A DNA stretch of 64,000 bases. It comes from an uncultured virus (IMG/VR IMGVR_UViG_3300017754_004896). Its lineage: Duplodnaviria > Heunggongvirae > Uroviricota > Caudoviricetes. Shown here one piece after another: positions 49,583 through 58,096 of the stretch. The stretch lies in the IMG/VR virus record IMGVR_UViG_3300017754_004896, one strand, 5' to 3'. The notes beneath the pieces are model-generated. The model was not told the DNA's origin. It was given only the letters and a program-made list of their open reading frames with translations, and searched no databases. The first letter of the stretch is position 1. Every line of letters starts with the position of its first letter. The position numbers were made by a program, and so were the translations under genes.

Positions 49583-49622
49583 ACATGACACCCGGCAAGC
49601 CGGGGCACCCAAAGAGGAACGC

Positions 49623-50594
49623 ATGGCAAACATTCAAGAAATCGTTCAGAGCCTGCAGCAGCAGGCGAACTTTGCTGCGGCGAAGGCCCGAGAGGCCCAG
49701 GCATTGGCGGAACGCGCGGACGCGCGTAACGCCCAGCTGGCGCAGCAGCTCGACCGGCAGACGCGGTCGATGCAAGACCTTTCAGACTCCTTGGCTCGTG
49801 TACAGGCGCAGGGGTCGTCCAGTGTGACGCCAGACCGCATTCAGTACATTGAGCAGGTGCCTGGTAGACGCGTCCCGTTTGACCTCGTTGTTCGCATTGC
49901 CGTGGGGGCGAGCGTCACCAGCGAGCAGCAGCAATCGACGACGATCAGCATGGACGGGCCCTTCGTGGCGGTGCGCCGGTATGCGGCGTTTCTGTCGCAG
50001 CTGACCGCATCGTACCTGAATCCTTCAACCCAGGTGACTAGTGCATTCCTCGGGCGGTCGTTTGGCCGTTGGCGGCCCATCCACTCAATGTGGGACCTGA
50101 ACGATGCTTCCGCGGGCGTAATGCAGTCAGTGACGGGCGGTCCAATCCCTGGTGCAGGACAGCCTATTTACGCGAGCCCCTCTAACATGTCGTCCTTCAG
50201 GACCATGGAATTTGACGGGCTAATCAAGTTCATGAATCAGGGTTCCGGGTTCATGCGGCAGACCGATGCAATTCCGAGTGCTTGGTACTCGGAAGCCATC
50301 AACAGCCCATTCGACCTGCCGGCGCTCGACTTCTTCGAGAAGGGGGAGACGCTGCAGTGGTCGGTCACTCCGACGCACCCGAACAACCCTGATTACGGCA
50401 ACATGAGTGCTTACGGCGCCAGCGGGTACTACCCATTCTTGGCGAGTCAGTACGACGTTCACGAGGGCATCAACGACAAGGAGATTCTCACGAATACTAC
50501 AGACCCAATCACGAGACTCCCGAACGGGATTCTCTACATTGGATTCTCTGGGTACCGTATCATTCAGCCCCCCGGCGTGGTTCGTCCAGGCTGA
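49623..50594 (+). CDS. Candidate second capsid protein (N-terminal coiled coil + jelly-roll-like domain)
   Basis: GAGGA SD; ISMDGPFVAV..FEKGETLQWSV..LYIGFSGYRI. Confidence 0.55.
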   Translation: MANIQEIVQSLQQQANFAAAKAREAQALAERADARNAQLAQQLDRQTRSMQDLSDSLARVQAQGSSSVTPDRIQYIEQVPGRRVPFDLVVRIAVGASVTSEQQQSTTISMDGPFVAVRRYAAFLSQLTASYLNPSTQVTSAFLGRSFGRWRPIHSMWDLNDASAGVMQSVTGGPIPGAGQPIYASPSNMSSFRTMEFDGLIKFMNQGSGFMRQTDAIPSAWYSEAINSPFDLPALDFFEKGETLQWSVTPTHPNNPDYGNMSAYGASGYYPFLASQYDVHEGINDKEILTNTTDPITRLPNGILYIGFSGYRIIQPPGVVRPG

Positions 50595-50620
50595 AGGGCG
50601 GTTGAGAAGGAGAGCCGCGC

Positions 50621-51400
50621 ATGACGACATCGAATTGCCTCGACACGCAGCGCGGGTTCGACGGAACGCGAGTGATGGCTGCCGGCGGAAACACCGCCGC
50701 GCAGCTGCTCCACCCTACTACGGCACCTTTCGAGCGTCTGTGGAGGAAGCTACCGTCCCCAGGGATGTTTGACCCGAGTGTCAGTCCTGCGAACCCGTAC
50801 TCAATTACGTTGGGCGCCTATCGGGTGCCCGACAATGAGATGCTCGCAATTTTCGATTTGTCGGGGGGGGTCTATAGGTGTAGCGGGAACGTCCCCGGGG
50901 ACACGGAGCCGGTGGCCCCGAGGGCTCTTTCTTCGTTGATGGGGTTTTCGCTGACAATAGATGGGCGAACCCAGGGCAACATCCAATACCAGTTGGAGCC
51001 CGGCCCTATCAATGTTCAATCCAACCCCGCATTTTCTGGTGGGGTTGGATTGAATTACAACGTCCAAACCTTGTATGGAACGCTTTCTGCACCATTCCAG
51101 CAAGCGAACATTGGGGAATTCCAGCAGGCGGCCTCGGATAGTTACGCGAACGCTTCGGGCCCAGGTACCAGTACTCAGCCGCAGAGAGACGGCAGGTACG
51201 GCGCCCGGGATATACCATTCACGTTATACGCTGATGCGGGGCAAACAGTTGCGGTAAAGGCTATTGTGTGGCGCCCCATGCCAGTGCCTATCGCCTTCTT
51301 AGAGTACACCATCCAAGGGTTGCTGATTCCTCAGAATTCGTTGAAAGAGATTCTAAACGCCTGGAAGTATCCACAGCGTAATGGAGAAAGCATCCGCTAA
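50621..51400 (+). CDS. Candidate penton/minor capsid protein
   Basis: AGGAG SD; LGAYRVPDNEMLAI..GQTVAV..YTIQGLL beta pattern. Confidence 0.5.
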   Translation: MTTSNCLDTQRGFDGTRVMAAGGNTAAQLLHPTTAPFERLWRKLPSPGMFDPSVSPANPYSITLGAYRVPDNEMLAIFDLSGGVYRCSGNVPGDTEPVAPRALSSLMGFSLTIDGRTQGNIQYQLEPGPINVQSNPAFSGGVGLNYNVQTLYGTLSAPFQQANIGEFQQAASDSYANASGPGTSTQPQRDGRYGARDIPFTLYADAGQTVAVKAIVWRPMPVPIAFLEYTIQGLLIPQNSLKEILNAWKYPQRNGESIR

Positions 51401-51813
51401 TGGGCCTATCGAAGAACTCAGATTCCCGCCCCAGCAGCTTTGACCATCCAAAACCAGGGCAGTTCATCGCAGATTGCCAGAAGTGTGATCTGGTTGCAGC
51501 TACCGTTGTCGGGCTGAAGGATCAGTTCGATGGGTTCAAGTCGCTGGTGGAACGACAATTCGATCAACAGGGCGACGCCATGGTTCGCCAGGAGGCCTCT
51601 AGCGAGCGTCGCCACGAAGAAATGAAAAGAAATGTTGAGAGTTTGCGAGACCTGATCTCGAATAGCCCCGCTGCTCTGATGCAGCGAATGGTACTGGTCG
51701 AGGAAAAGAATGCGACTCTCACGAGGATTCTGGCCTTCGTGGCCACCGCTACCGTGACCACTCTCTTCACGGTCATCGGGTCGATTGTCTCCGGGGTAGT
51801 CCACCTCAAGTAG
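51400..51813 (+). CDS. Coiled-coil protein with C-terminal TM (holin-like or membrane protein)
   Basis: TAATG coupling; hydrophobic C-terminus. Confidence 0.7.
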   Translation: MGLSKNSDSRPSSFDHPKPGQFIADCQKCDLVAATVVGLKDQFDGFKSLVERQFDQQGDAMVRQEASSERRHEEMKRNVESLRDLISNSPAALMQRMVLVEEKNATLTRILAFVATATVTTLFTVIGSIVSGVVHLK

Positions 51814-51943
51814 CTCAAGCTAGGGCCCCGAGGGAGTGTCGTGAAATGAACGCCCGCAGGAAGCCGAAGGACATGGCGACCTAACTTGGCTCGGATAGTT
51901 TCACGGCACCCCCTTGGGGCCCTTTTCCTGATAGGATTCGACC

Positions 51944-52753
51944 ATGCCGTTTCAACGCTACCAGGCTCCCGACCTGCTCTCGCAGGATGCGCTCCCCCGA
52001 GTTATCCCCGCGCCCCCAGGGAGGGATGTGGCTCCGTTCATCAAGGAGCTTGCGCAGGAGATCCCAGCGGAATTGCAGAAGCTGGGGACGTTGACTCCTT
52101 GGGCTGTGCGGGAGGGCGATATTCGCTGGGCTCAGGTGGTCCAACCGTCGTCCGTCAATATTGAGGTGTACGCGCTTTCGGACGCGAAGATCCAGGAGCT
52201 GTACCGAGAGCACTACATGCTCGAGCTGCCCTATGTGGCAGCCGTGTTCGAGTACCCTCCGACGATAGGAGAGCTCCAGCAAGCGTTCGAGAGCACCCTG
52301 TATGACCCTGTGGAGGTGACTGCTGTGTACTCCCAGGACGACAGAGCGGCCGTCCCTACGCCCGTGTACATGGTTTGGCTTCACAAGGAGGAGGAAGTCA
52401 CAGGCTCGAGGAAGCATCGGGGGAGTGTCGAGCAAGCCGCGCTCCGGCTGAAGGGTCGGCTGGTGTACGCGCAGCAGGTGCCGGCGGCGCACACGACGAA
52501 GCGTGGGGCTCCTTCGGCTTCGTATGCGGAGGCCGGCAGCATGCATCGAGTAGCGCGGCAGGTGAAGGCTTTGCCGGAGTCGTTGCCGGCAGCTTCGACC
52601 TTGCCCGCGTACCAGCCCGTTGCCGTTGGTGCGGATCCGCCAGCAGTCCCCGCAACACCTCCAACTACGGAGAAGTCCTCGATGACTCCCTACTACTTGT
52701 TGGGAGGGGGTTTGGCGGCAGGGATACTCCTTTATATGGTGGTGCGCAAATGA
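51944..52753 (+). CDS. Tail-anchored protein
   Basis: AVGAD before the C-terminal TM + RK. Confidence 0.8.
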   Translation: MPFQRYQAPDLLSQDALPRVIPAPPGRDVAPFIKELAQEIPAELQKLGTLTPWAVREGDIRWAQVVQPSSVNIEVYALSDAKIQELYREHYMLELPYVAAVFEYPPTIGELQQAFESTLYDPVEVTAVYSQDDRAAVPTPVYMVWLHKEEEVTGSRKHRGSVEQAALRLKGRLVYAQQVPAAHTTKRGAPSASYAEAGSMHRVARQVKALPESLPAASTLPAYQPVAVGADPPAVPATPPTTEKSSMTPYYLLGGGLAAGILLYMVVRK

Positions 52754-52983
52754 AGCTGAATCTTGAGCCGGATTACCTGAGCCTGGCGCAGCACGCATTT
52801 CCCCAGCTGCAAGCAACGGCAAACCAGTATGGGGGCCCTGTGGGCATCCTCGGAAAAGTTGTTGGACTCGGGGGAGACGAAATCAAGCAAGGAGTCCCTT
52901 GGTGGGGCTGGATGAGCATAGGACTAGTCGGTGGTGTGGTGCTTGGGTACGCACTCCGTGATAAGATAAGCAAGGTGGTGTAA
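52750..52983 (+). CDS. Small membrane protein
   Basis: ATGA coupling; VPWWGW + TM. Confidence 0.75.
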   Translation: MKLNLEPDYLSLAQHAFPQLQATANQYGGPVGILGKVVGLGGDEIKQGVPWWGWMSIGLVGGVVLGYALRDKISKVV

Positions 52984-52985
52984 TC

Positions 52986-54104
52986 ATGGCATTTTTCAGC
53001 AACCAGGGAGTGCCTTTCGCTCAGGCGGTAGGTTCCGTTGAATCGACAAGCAGGCCTCTAGGCCCTTTGACTGCATACCGGGACGGTTCGTTGGGGTCGG
53101 ATTGCCCTCCTTGTAACTGTGCGTCTGGCGGCGGTGGCGGTGACAGAGACGGCATGCAAGAGGAGGTAGATTCTCGGTTTGCTTTTGATACGCCTAAAGC
53201 GTGGCATGACGGGATTTTTCAGGCCCACGAAGGCGTGCCCGGGATGCTTCACGCGCATTCTTCCGGAACGGTAGGAGCCCCATCGGAAGCGCTCGGCCTT
53301 CCCCTTTACTTGAACGGGAGAGAGGTCACGATGCCTCTGACCATTCACCATGGCACGATGGGGCTAGGGGCCGACACGTCTGCGGAAGATTTGACGCTAG
53401 ATGTGAGTAAAGCTCCAGGATTGGCTGACCTCAAGAATTTGATCAGATTCTGGGTCGCGTCTCCGCTAGGTAAGAGCGTTGGACTAGATGCCAGCACTAT
53501 TCCCGCTGATTGGGTCAATACACCTTGGAGCATCACTGATGGTATGTTGATTCAGACCATTCTGAATCGAAAGGCTGTCCCTTCTCCAGAGCAGCTGAAA
53601 ATCAGCTCGTATGACACCCTGGTGGCGCCGAAGTTGACTGTGGGAGACCAGTTCTACCCATTGCCCCAGTTGATTTTCTACCTAGCCACTTCTCTTCGAG
53701 GAGCCGCTCCTGCTGCCTGGGAAGGGTATGCGAAGTCTTGGATCAGCCCATTTTTCAAGAACCTGATACCATTCTGGACAGAGGCGTTTCAGCAAATGTC
53801 TAAGATGGTGTCGGCGGGCTCGACTCAGGATGCGCAAATTATGGCGGCGGGTTTGCGAGTATATCCGGAGTCCCTGACCATCACTTGGCCAGACGGCACC
53901 GTGACCCGGGGTTCTGGAGTACTCAAGCAAGGGGCCACTACCGCGAAGGAAGCAGTGATTCCTCCCAGTGTGGTACCAGGCACCCCTGAGGCGAAGAAAG
54001 CCGCCGAGGCCGCGCCGACGACCAACTACATATTGTACGGGGGGCTCGCGGCGTTGGCTGTCGCTGGGCTCTACTTGACGATGAAGGGGCCGTCCCGAAG
54101 GTAA
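52986..54104 (+). CDS. Tail-anchored protein
   Basis: SLGSD, TVGA, MGLGAD; C-terminal TM + basic tail. Confidence 0.8.
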   Translation: MAFFSNQGVPFAQAVGSVESTSRPLGPLTAYRDGSLGSDCPPCNCASGGGGGDRDGMQEEVDSRFAFDTPKAWHDGIFQAHEGVPGMLHAHSSGTVGAPSEALGLPLYLNGREVTMPLTIHHGTMGLGADTSAEDLTLDVSKAPGLADLKNLIRFWVASPLGKSVGLDASTIPADWVNTPWSITDGMLIQTILNRKAVPSPEQLKISSYDTLVAPKLTVGDQFYPLPQLIFYLATSLRGAAPAAWEGYAKSWISPFFKNLIPFWTEAFQQMSKMVSAGSTQDAQIMAAGLRVYPESLTITWPDGTVTRGSGVLKQGATTAKEAVIPPSVVPGTPEAKKAAEAAPTTNYILYGGLAALAVAGLYLTMKGPSRR

Positions 54105-54106
54105 GC

Positions 54107-54691
54107 ATGAACTGGTGGCAGGATATCTTCGGGGCCTTGGGCGGCAATGTGCAGGCGATGCAGGATTCTGCCGCGCCTGCACAGGTGCGCGCCCAGGTAA
54201 TGAAGTGGCTGGGTTACTTCTCAGCTAACTCTGTCATGGCCGCGGGACCGAATCTTCTCGACCCGCAGTCCTGTGACTTTTGCTCGGAGTTAGGGTTGCT
54301 GGACTGTCAGGTTTGCGGCGCCAGGGTGTGCCTGGCGCATGCATTCGTGAGCCATCAAGCCCACGCTATTTGCCATGATTGTGTCCGTGGAGTTACTGGC
54401 ACCAAGGAAGAGCAGCGGAGAGCTCGAGCAGCTCAGCATCGGCAGCAGAAGGCAGAGCGGGCGACACGTAGGCCGGATGCCGACGAGCAGTTGGTGGCGG
54501 CGTTGAAGGAACTCGGGCTGGAAAGAGGGGCCGCTTGGGAGGACGTGAAAGCGGCCCATCGGTATCTAGTGCTCAAACATCATCCAGACAGAGCTAAGAG
54601 TCAGTCCGCCAAGGAAAAGGCGAACGAGAAGCTAACGAAGATCAATGCGGCTTACGCGCTGCTGAGGTCACATTACGAAAGGGCCGCATGA
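54107..54691 (+). CDS. Zn-finger protein with C-terminal J domain
   Basis: CDFC..CQVC..C..H..CHDC; LGLE..VKAAHR..HHPDR..INAAY. Confidence 0.85.
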   Translation: MNWWQDIFGALGGNVQAMQDSAAPAQVRAQVMKWLGYFSANSVMAAGPNLLDPQSCDFCSELGLLDCQVCGARVCLAHAFVSHQAHAICHDCVRGVTGTKEEQRRARAAQHRQQKAERATRRPDADEQLVAALKELGLERGAAWEDVKAAHRYLVLKHHPDRAKSQSAKEKANEKLTKINAAYALLRSHYERAA

Positions 54692-55098
54692 TGGCAAAGC
54701 GAAGAAGGGCTCGAAGAGTCCGAAGGAATCCAGACAATACGACGACAGTGCTCTTGGTGGCCGGGGGCGCTATCGCAGCAGGGCTCGCCGTGTACTTCTT
54801 GACGAAGACAGAGAAGAAGGCGGAAGCACCGAAGCCAGTAACTCCGGTAACGCCCGTCACTCCCGTTCTTCCGGCTGTTCCGGGAATTCCTGCGGATTGC
54901 CAGACTAAGGCATCCGTGTTGATGTCAATTGCAGCGGAGAGGGCGAAAGCGCTTCCGAATTGTAAAGCGTCTGTAGATGCTGCGGCTTTGTGCGATGCCC
55001 TCAAGGTAAAGTTCGATGCAGCTGTCTTGGACGTGCAGAAGAGCTGCCCCGGGTTGGACCTGACTAAGATTCCCGGAATCCCTGGGTTGACGGCGTGA
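54688..55098 (+). CDS. Membrane protein with basic leader ending RRNP
   Basis: MMAKRRRARRVRRNP then TM; four Cys. Confidence 0.75.
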   Translation: MMAKRRRARRVRRNPDNTTTVLLVAGGAIAAGLAVYFLTKTEKKAEAPKPVTPVTPVTPVLPAVPGIPADCQTKASVLMSIAAERAKALPNCKASVDAAALCDALKVKFDAAVLDVQKSCPGLDLTKIPGIPGLTA

Positions 55099-55105
55099 GG
55101 TAAAA

Positions 55106-55657
55106 ATGTCCTATCCTTTGATGCCCAGTGAGTCATACGCACAGTCAATAGGCCCGTATGCAACTCCTGGTTGGCAGTTTGCGCCAGTTCCAGGATGGGG
55201 CATTGACCCAGACTTTTCGGCCCGCTCTAGTGTTGTAGCGGTGGGGAGCGTGCCTCCTCGTGGAGATGGTATGTTGACTACAATGAATGACCTAGTTCTT
55301 CCTCGGTACTCCCCGGTGCGGGCACAGGTCCCTACCTCAGACGCATTCGAGCACCTGACGCTGCAGCATGGGGGTGTGGAGCAGACCTCCACGCTGCCCA
55401 TGAGCATGCAGATCAGCATGGCGGCGAAGAAGCCGGCGGCCCCCTACCAGCCGATTGCTCCGGCTTCTACCGCGCCCCGGTACGGGACGCGCACGTGGGA
55501 GTTGAAGCAGGGCGGATACTACCCCGTGGGTGCAGATCCGCAGCCCGTGCCTCCGGCGCAGCCGGCAGCACAGTACGGCATCGGGTACGTACTGCTCGCA
55601 GGGGCCGGTGGATTGCTCGTAGGTATGGGGCTGACTTACGCTTGGATGAGCAAGTAG
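55106..55657 (+). CDS. Tail-anchored protein
   Basis: GAGG SD; PVGAD before the C-terminal TM. Confidence 0.8.
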   Translation: MSYPLMPSESYAQSIGPYATPGWQFAPVPGWGIDPDFSARSSVVAVGSVPPRGDGMLTTMNDLVLPRYSPVRAQVPTSDAFEHLTLQHGGVEQTSTLPMSMQISMAAKKPAAPYQPIAPASTAPRYGTRTWELKQGGYYPVGADPQPVPPAQPAAQYGIGYVLLAGAGGLLVGMGLTYAWMSK

Positions 55658-55663
55658 GCCGCC

Positions 55664-55960
55664 ATGTATCGCGCGAGCTATCGGAGCCTGGGGGCCAGTA
55701 ACGGCGATAAAGGGGCCGAGCTTCTCGTAGAGACGGCGCCCCCCGTTATCACGGCGTGCCCCCAGTGCTCAAGGCTGGAGGCGGGGAGCTGTGTCGTCTG
55801 CAAGCCCGGCGAGCAGCATCCGTCCTGTCAGGGCTGCAACGGGGGGGTACCGGAGAAGACGCCGTGGTATCAAACCCAGTTTGCGGCGACGGTAGGTGCG
55901 ATGGTAGTGGCTTCGGTGCTGACCGCTATCATCGTGGAGAGAATCACGCGAAAACGTTGA
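55664..55960 (+). CDS. Small Cys-rich tail-anchored protein
   Basis: MYRASYRSLGAS; three CxxC; C-terminal TM + RKR. Confidence 0.75.
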   Translation: MYRASYRSLGASNGDKGAELLVETAPPVITACPQCSRLEAGSCVVCKPGEQHPSCQGCNGGVPEKTPWYQTQFAATVGAMVVASVLTAIIVERITRKR

Positions 55961-56015
55961 AGTTTCTCGTCGGAACTTGACTTCTGCGGGGTGCAAGTGG
56001 CACGTTAGTGCCGCC

Positions 56016-56738
56016 ATGTCCAACGAGAAAACTACGCCCGCGGGGGAGCCTGCGGAATCTAAGGTCGTTCTGAGTATCCCAGTTGCCAGCGGAACCCCTG
56101 CACCTGTGAAGGAAGAGGGGGTATCTTGGTCTGGCAACGTCGCACCGATGGTCATAATGAAGGGGGGCACGACAAGCTCGTCCTATGACCAGCTGATGCA
56201 AGCCAAGGAGGCCGACGCAAACCGGCGTCGAGATCATCAAGACACCGTCCGCAAGATGATTGAGGATGATGTGGACGCCGGGGGAGGCGTCGGAGGGTTC
56301 CACGAGCAGAAGCTAGTGACGCAGGAAACGCCCAAACTTCTGCTTCAGTACCTCAACCTCGACGGCTCTGTGTATCAGGAGTGCATCTCCGAGATAACAG
56401 GAGATTTCGATCCGTTTGGCAACAGTACTAACATGATGTTCACACTTGTCTGTCCTGACTGTGTGGCTCGTGGGTTGCCGCAGAGTGAATGTCAGATTAT
56501 GGTTCGAGACAGTCACCGGAAGTGGTTCCTCGACGATAAAAAGAGAGGAATCGTGCCGGTTGAGACGCCGTGGGGCACGCAGGTGTTGAACAGGGCGGGT
56601 ACTGTTACCGTGCAAGATGTCGTCAAATGCTCGAACTACATGTGTACTTGGGCAGCCAATATTGACGACTCGAAAGTGAGGCGAGTGTCGAATAAGAAAG
56701 GCCGGCTACATCCCGCCAAGCCTTCGAGGGGGAGATGA
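56016..56738 (+). CDS. Hypothetical Zn-binding protein
   Basis: ATG 56016; CPDC..CSNYMC. Confidence 0.7.
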   Translation: MSNEKTTPAGEPAESKVVLSIPVASGTPAPVKEEGVSWSGNVAPMVIMKGGTTSSSYDQLMQAKEADANRRRDHQDTVRKMIEDDVDAGGGVGGFHEQKLVTQETPKLLLQYLNLDGSVYQECISEITGDFDPFGNSTNMMFTLVCPDCVARGLPQSECQIMVRDSHRKWFLDDKKRGIVPVETPWGTQVLNRAGTVTVQDVVKCSNYMCTWAANIDDSKVRRVSNKKGRLHPAKPSRGR

Positions 56739-58096
56739 TGACAGAGCCGTTATCTGAGATTCCGGATCCAGGCGCGAGGGAGTTCCGGAAAGAAGACGAC
56801 TACACGGCAAGGGGGGAAAAGGCTGGGTTACCTGTAGGTATTGTGTTTCGAGGCTATTGGAGGATTGCCGCGGACGGAGTTGCCAGGCACACTCGAGAGA
56901 CAGTCAAAGCGCTCGTCAAAGCCGGCGTTCCTATTCACTTGCAATCTGTCACTGCAGGGAGCGGGATAGTAAACGACGAGCTACCGGAAGATGTCAGGGC
57001 ACTGGAGCACTTGACCCGGACCACGTTCGAGCGAAACGTACTCCGTATCCTGCAGGTCATTTGGACCAGGATCGACGGGCTGAAGCAGCAGGTGCTTCCC
57101 CCGAGCACGCCCTTTATCAGTGACGACCTGTTGAACTCGGTTCTTTCGAGGACCATCGTTTATACAGTTTGGGAGCGAGACCGCGTCGAGAAAGACGAAG
57201 TGGAGCTTCTGAACAAGTTGGGACAGGTGTGGGTTACTAACCAGGATACGAAGAAAGCGTTCCTGCGAAGCGGTGTGTTGGAGTCGAAGCTAAGAGTCGT
57301 TCCCTATTGTTACGACCCGGACGATTACCTGATTGACCCCGACCCCGAGCAGACAGACAGGCTCGAGTACTTCCGAGGCCCGTCGTGGCTTTCCTTTCCG
57401 AGAGCCGTTACCGGGGAGGTCCCCCCAGGCAGGCGCTTCTATCACATAGGGAAGTGGGAGATTCGCAAGGACCATCACCGGATGATCGGGTGCTTCCTGA
57501 AGGCGTTCAAGCCAACGGAGGATGCGAGTCTGTTTATCAAGACCTCCCCATACCCAATGGGTACTAGCTATTCTTCGCCCGAAGAATCGGTAGCGTATTG
57601 GCTTTCAGACCCTACCGTGCAGAAGCAAGGGTGGACTACCGAGACCTTCCCAAAGCGGGTGAGGATTCTCCAGAAGAAGCTATCGGAGCGAGATATTCTG
57701 GAACTTCACCGAAAGAACAACATCTACCTGTCAATCGGGCACTGCGAGGGCTGGGATATCCCGGCTTTCGAGGCGAAGCAAGCAGGCAACAGACTAGTGT
57801 ACACCGACTACGGGGGGCCGCCCGAGTTCGCCAGTGCCTCGGATATCGCGTTGCCGTGGAAGTTTGTGACGATTGACCGTATCTATCAGTGGGATAAGGC
57901 TCAGTGGGCGCATGTAGACACGCACAAGATTATTGATGCTCTGCGGGCAGTGAAGCCACCCGAGAGGCGGATTCAAGAGCCGAGGTTGTATCGGACGTGT
58001 GGGAGAGTCCCTGCGGGCCTTCGCATGAAGCAGTACATTCAAGAGCTTCTTGCAGAGGTAGAGCCAGGGCTTGTACTGGACGGGAGCATGGGATGA
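56735..58096 (+). CDS. GT-B (GT4-like) glycosyltransferase
   Basis: YTVWE, GKWEIRKD, EGWDIPAFEA..TDYGGPPEF. Confidence 0.88.
   Translation: MMTEPLSEIPDPGAREFRKEDDYTARGEKAGLPVGIVFRGYWRIAADGVARHTRETVKALVKAGVPIHLQSVTAGSGIVNDELPEDVRALEHLTRTTFERNVLRILQVIWTRIDGLKQQVLPPSTPFISDDLLNSVLSRTIVYTVWERDRVEKDEVELLNKLGQVWVTNQDTKKAFLRSGVLESKLRVVPYCYDPDDYLIDPDPEQTDRLEYFRGPSWLSFPRAVTGEVPPGRRFYHIGKWEIRKDHHRMIGCFLKAFKPTEDASLFIKTSPYPMGTSYSSPEESVAYWLSDPTVQKQGWTTETFPKRVRILQKKLSERDILELHRKNNIYLSIGHCEGWDIPAFEAKQAGNRLVYTDYGGPPEFASASDIALPWKFVTIDRIYQWDKAQWAHVDTHKIIDALRAVKPPERRIQEPRLYRTCGRVPAGLRMKQYIQELLAEVEPGLVLDGSMG

Noticed and set aside
38434..55960. Tails as PEP-CTERM, MYXO-CTERM or LPXTG sorting signals
   Set aside because: No PEP, LPXTG or consistent Cys signature next to the TM, no N-terminal signal peptides and no recognisable sortase
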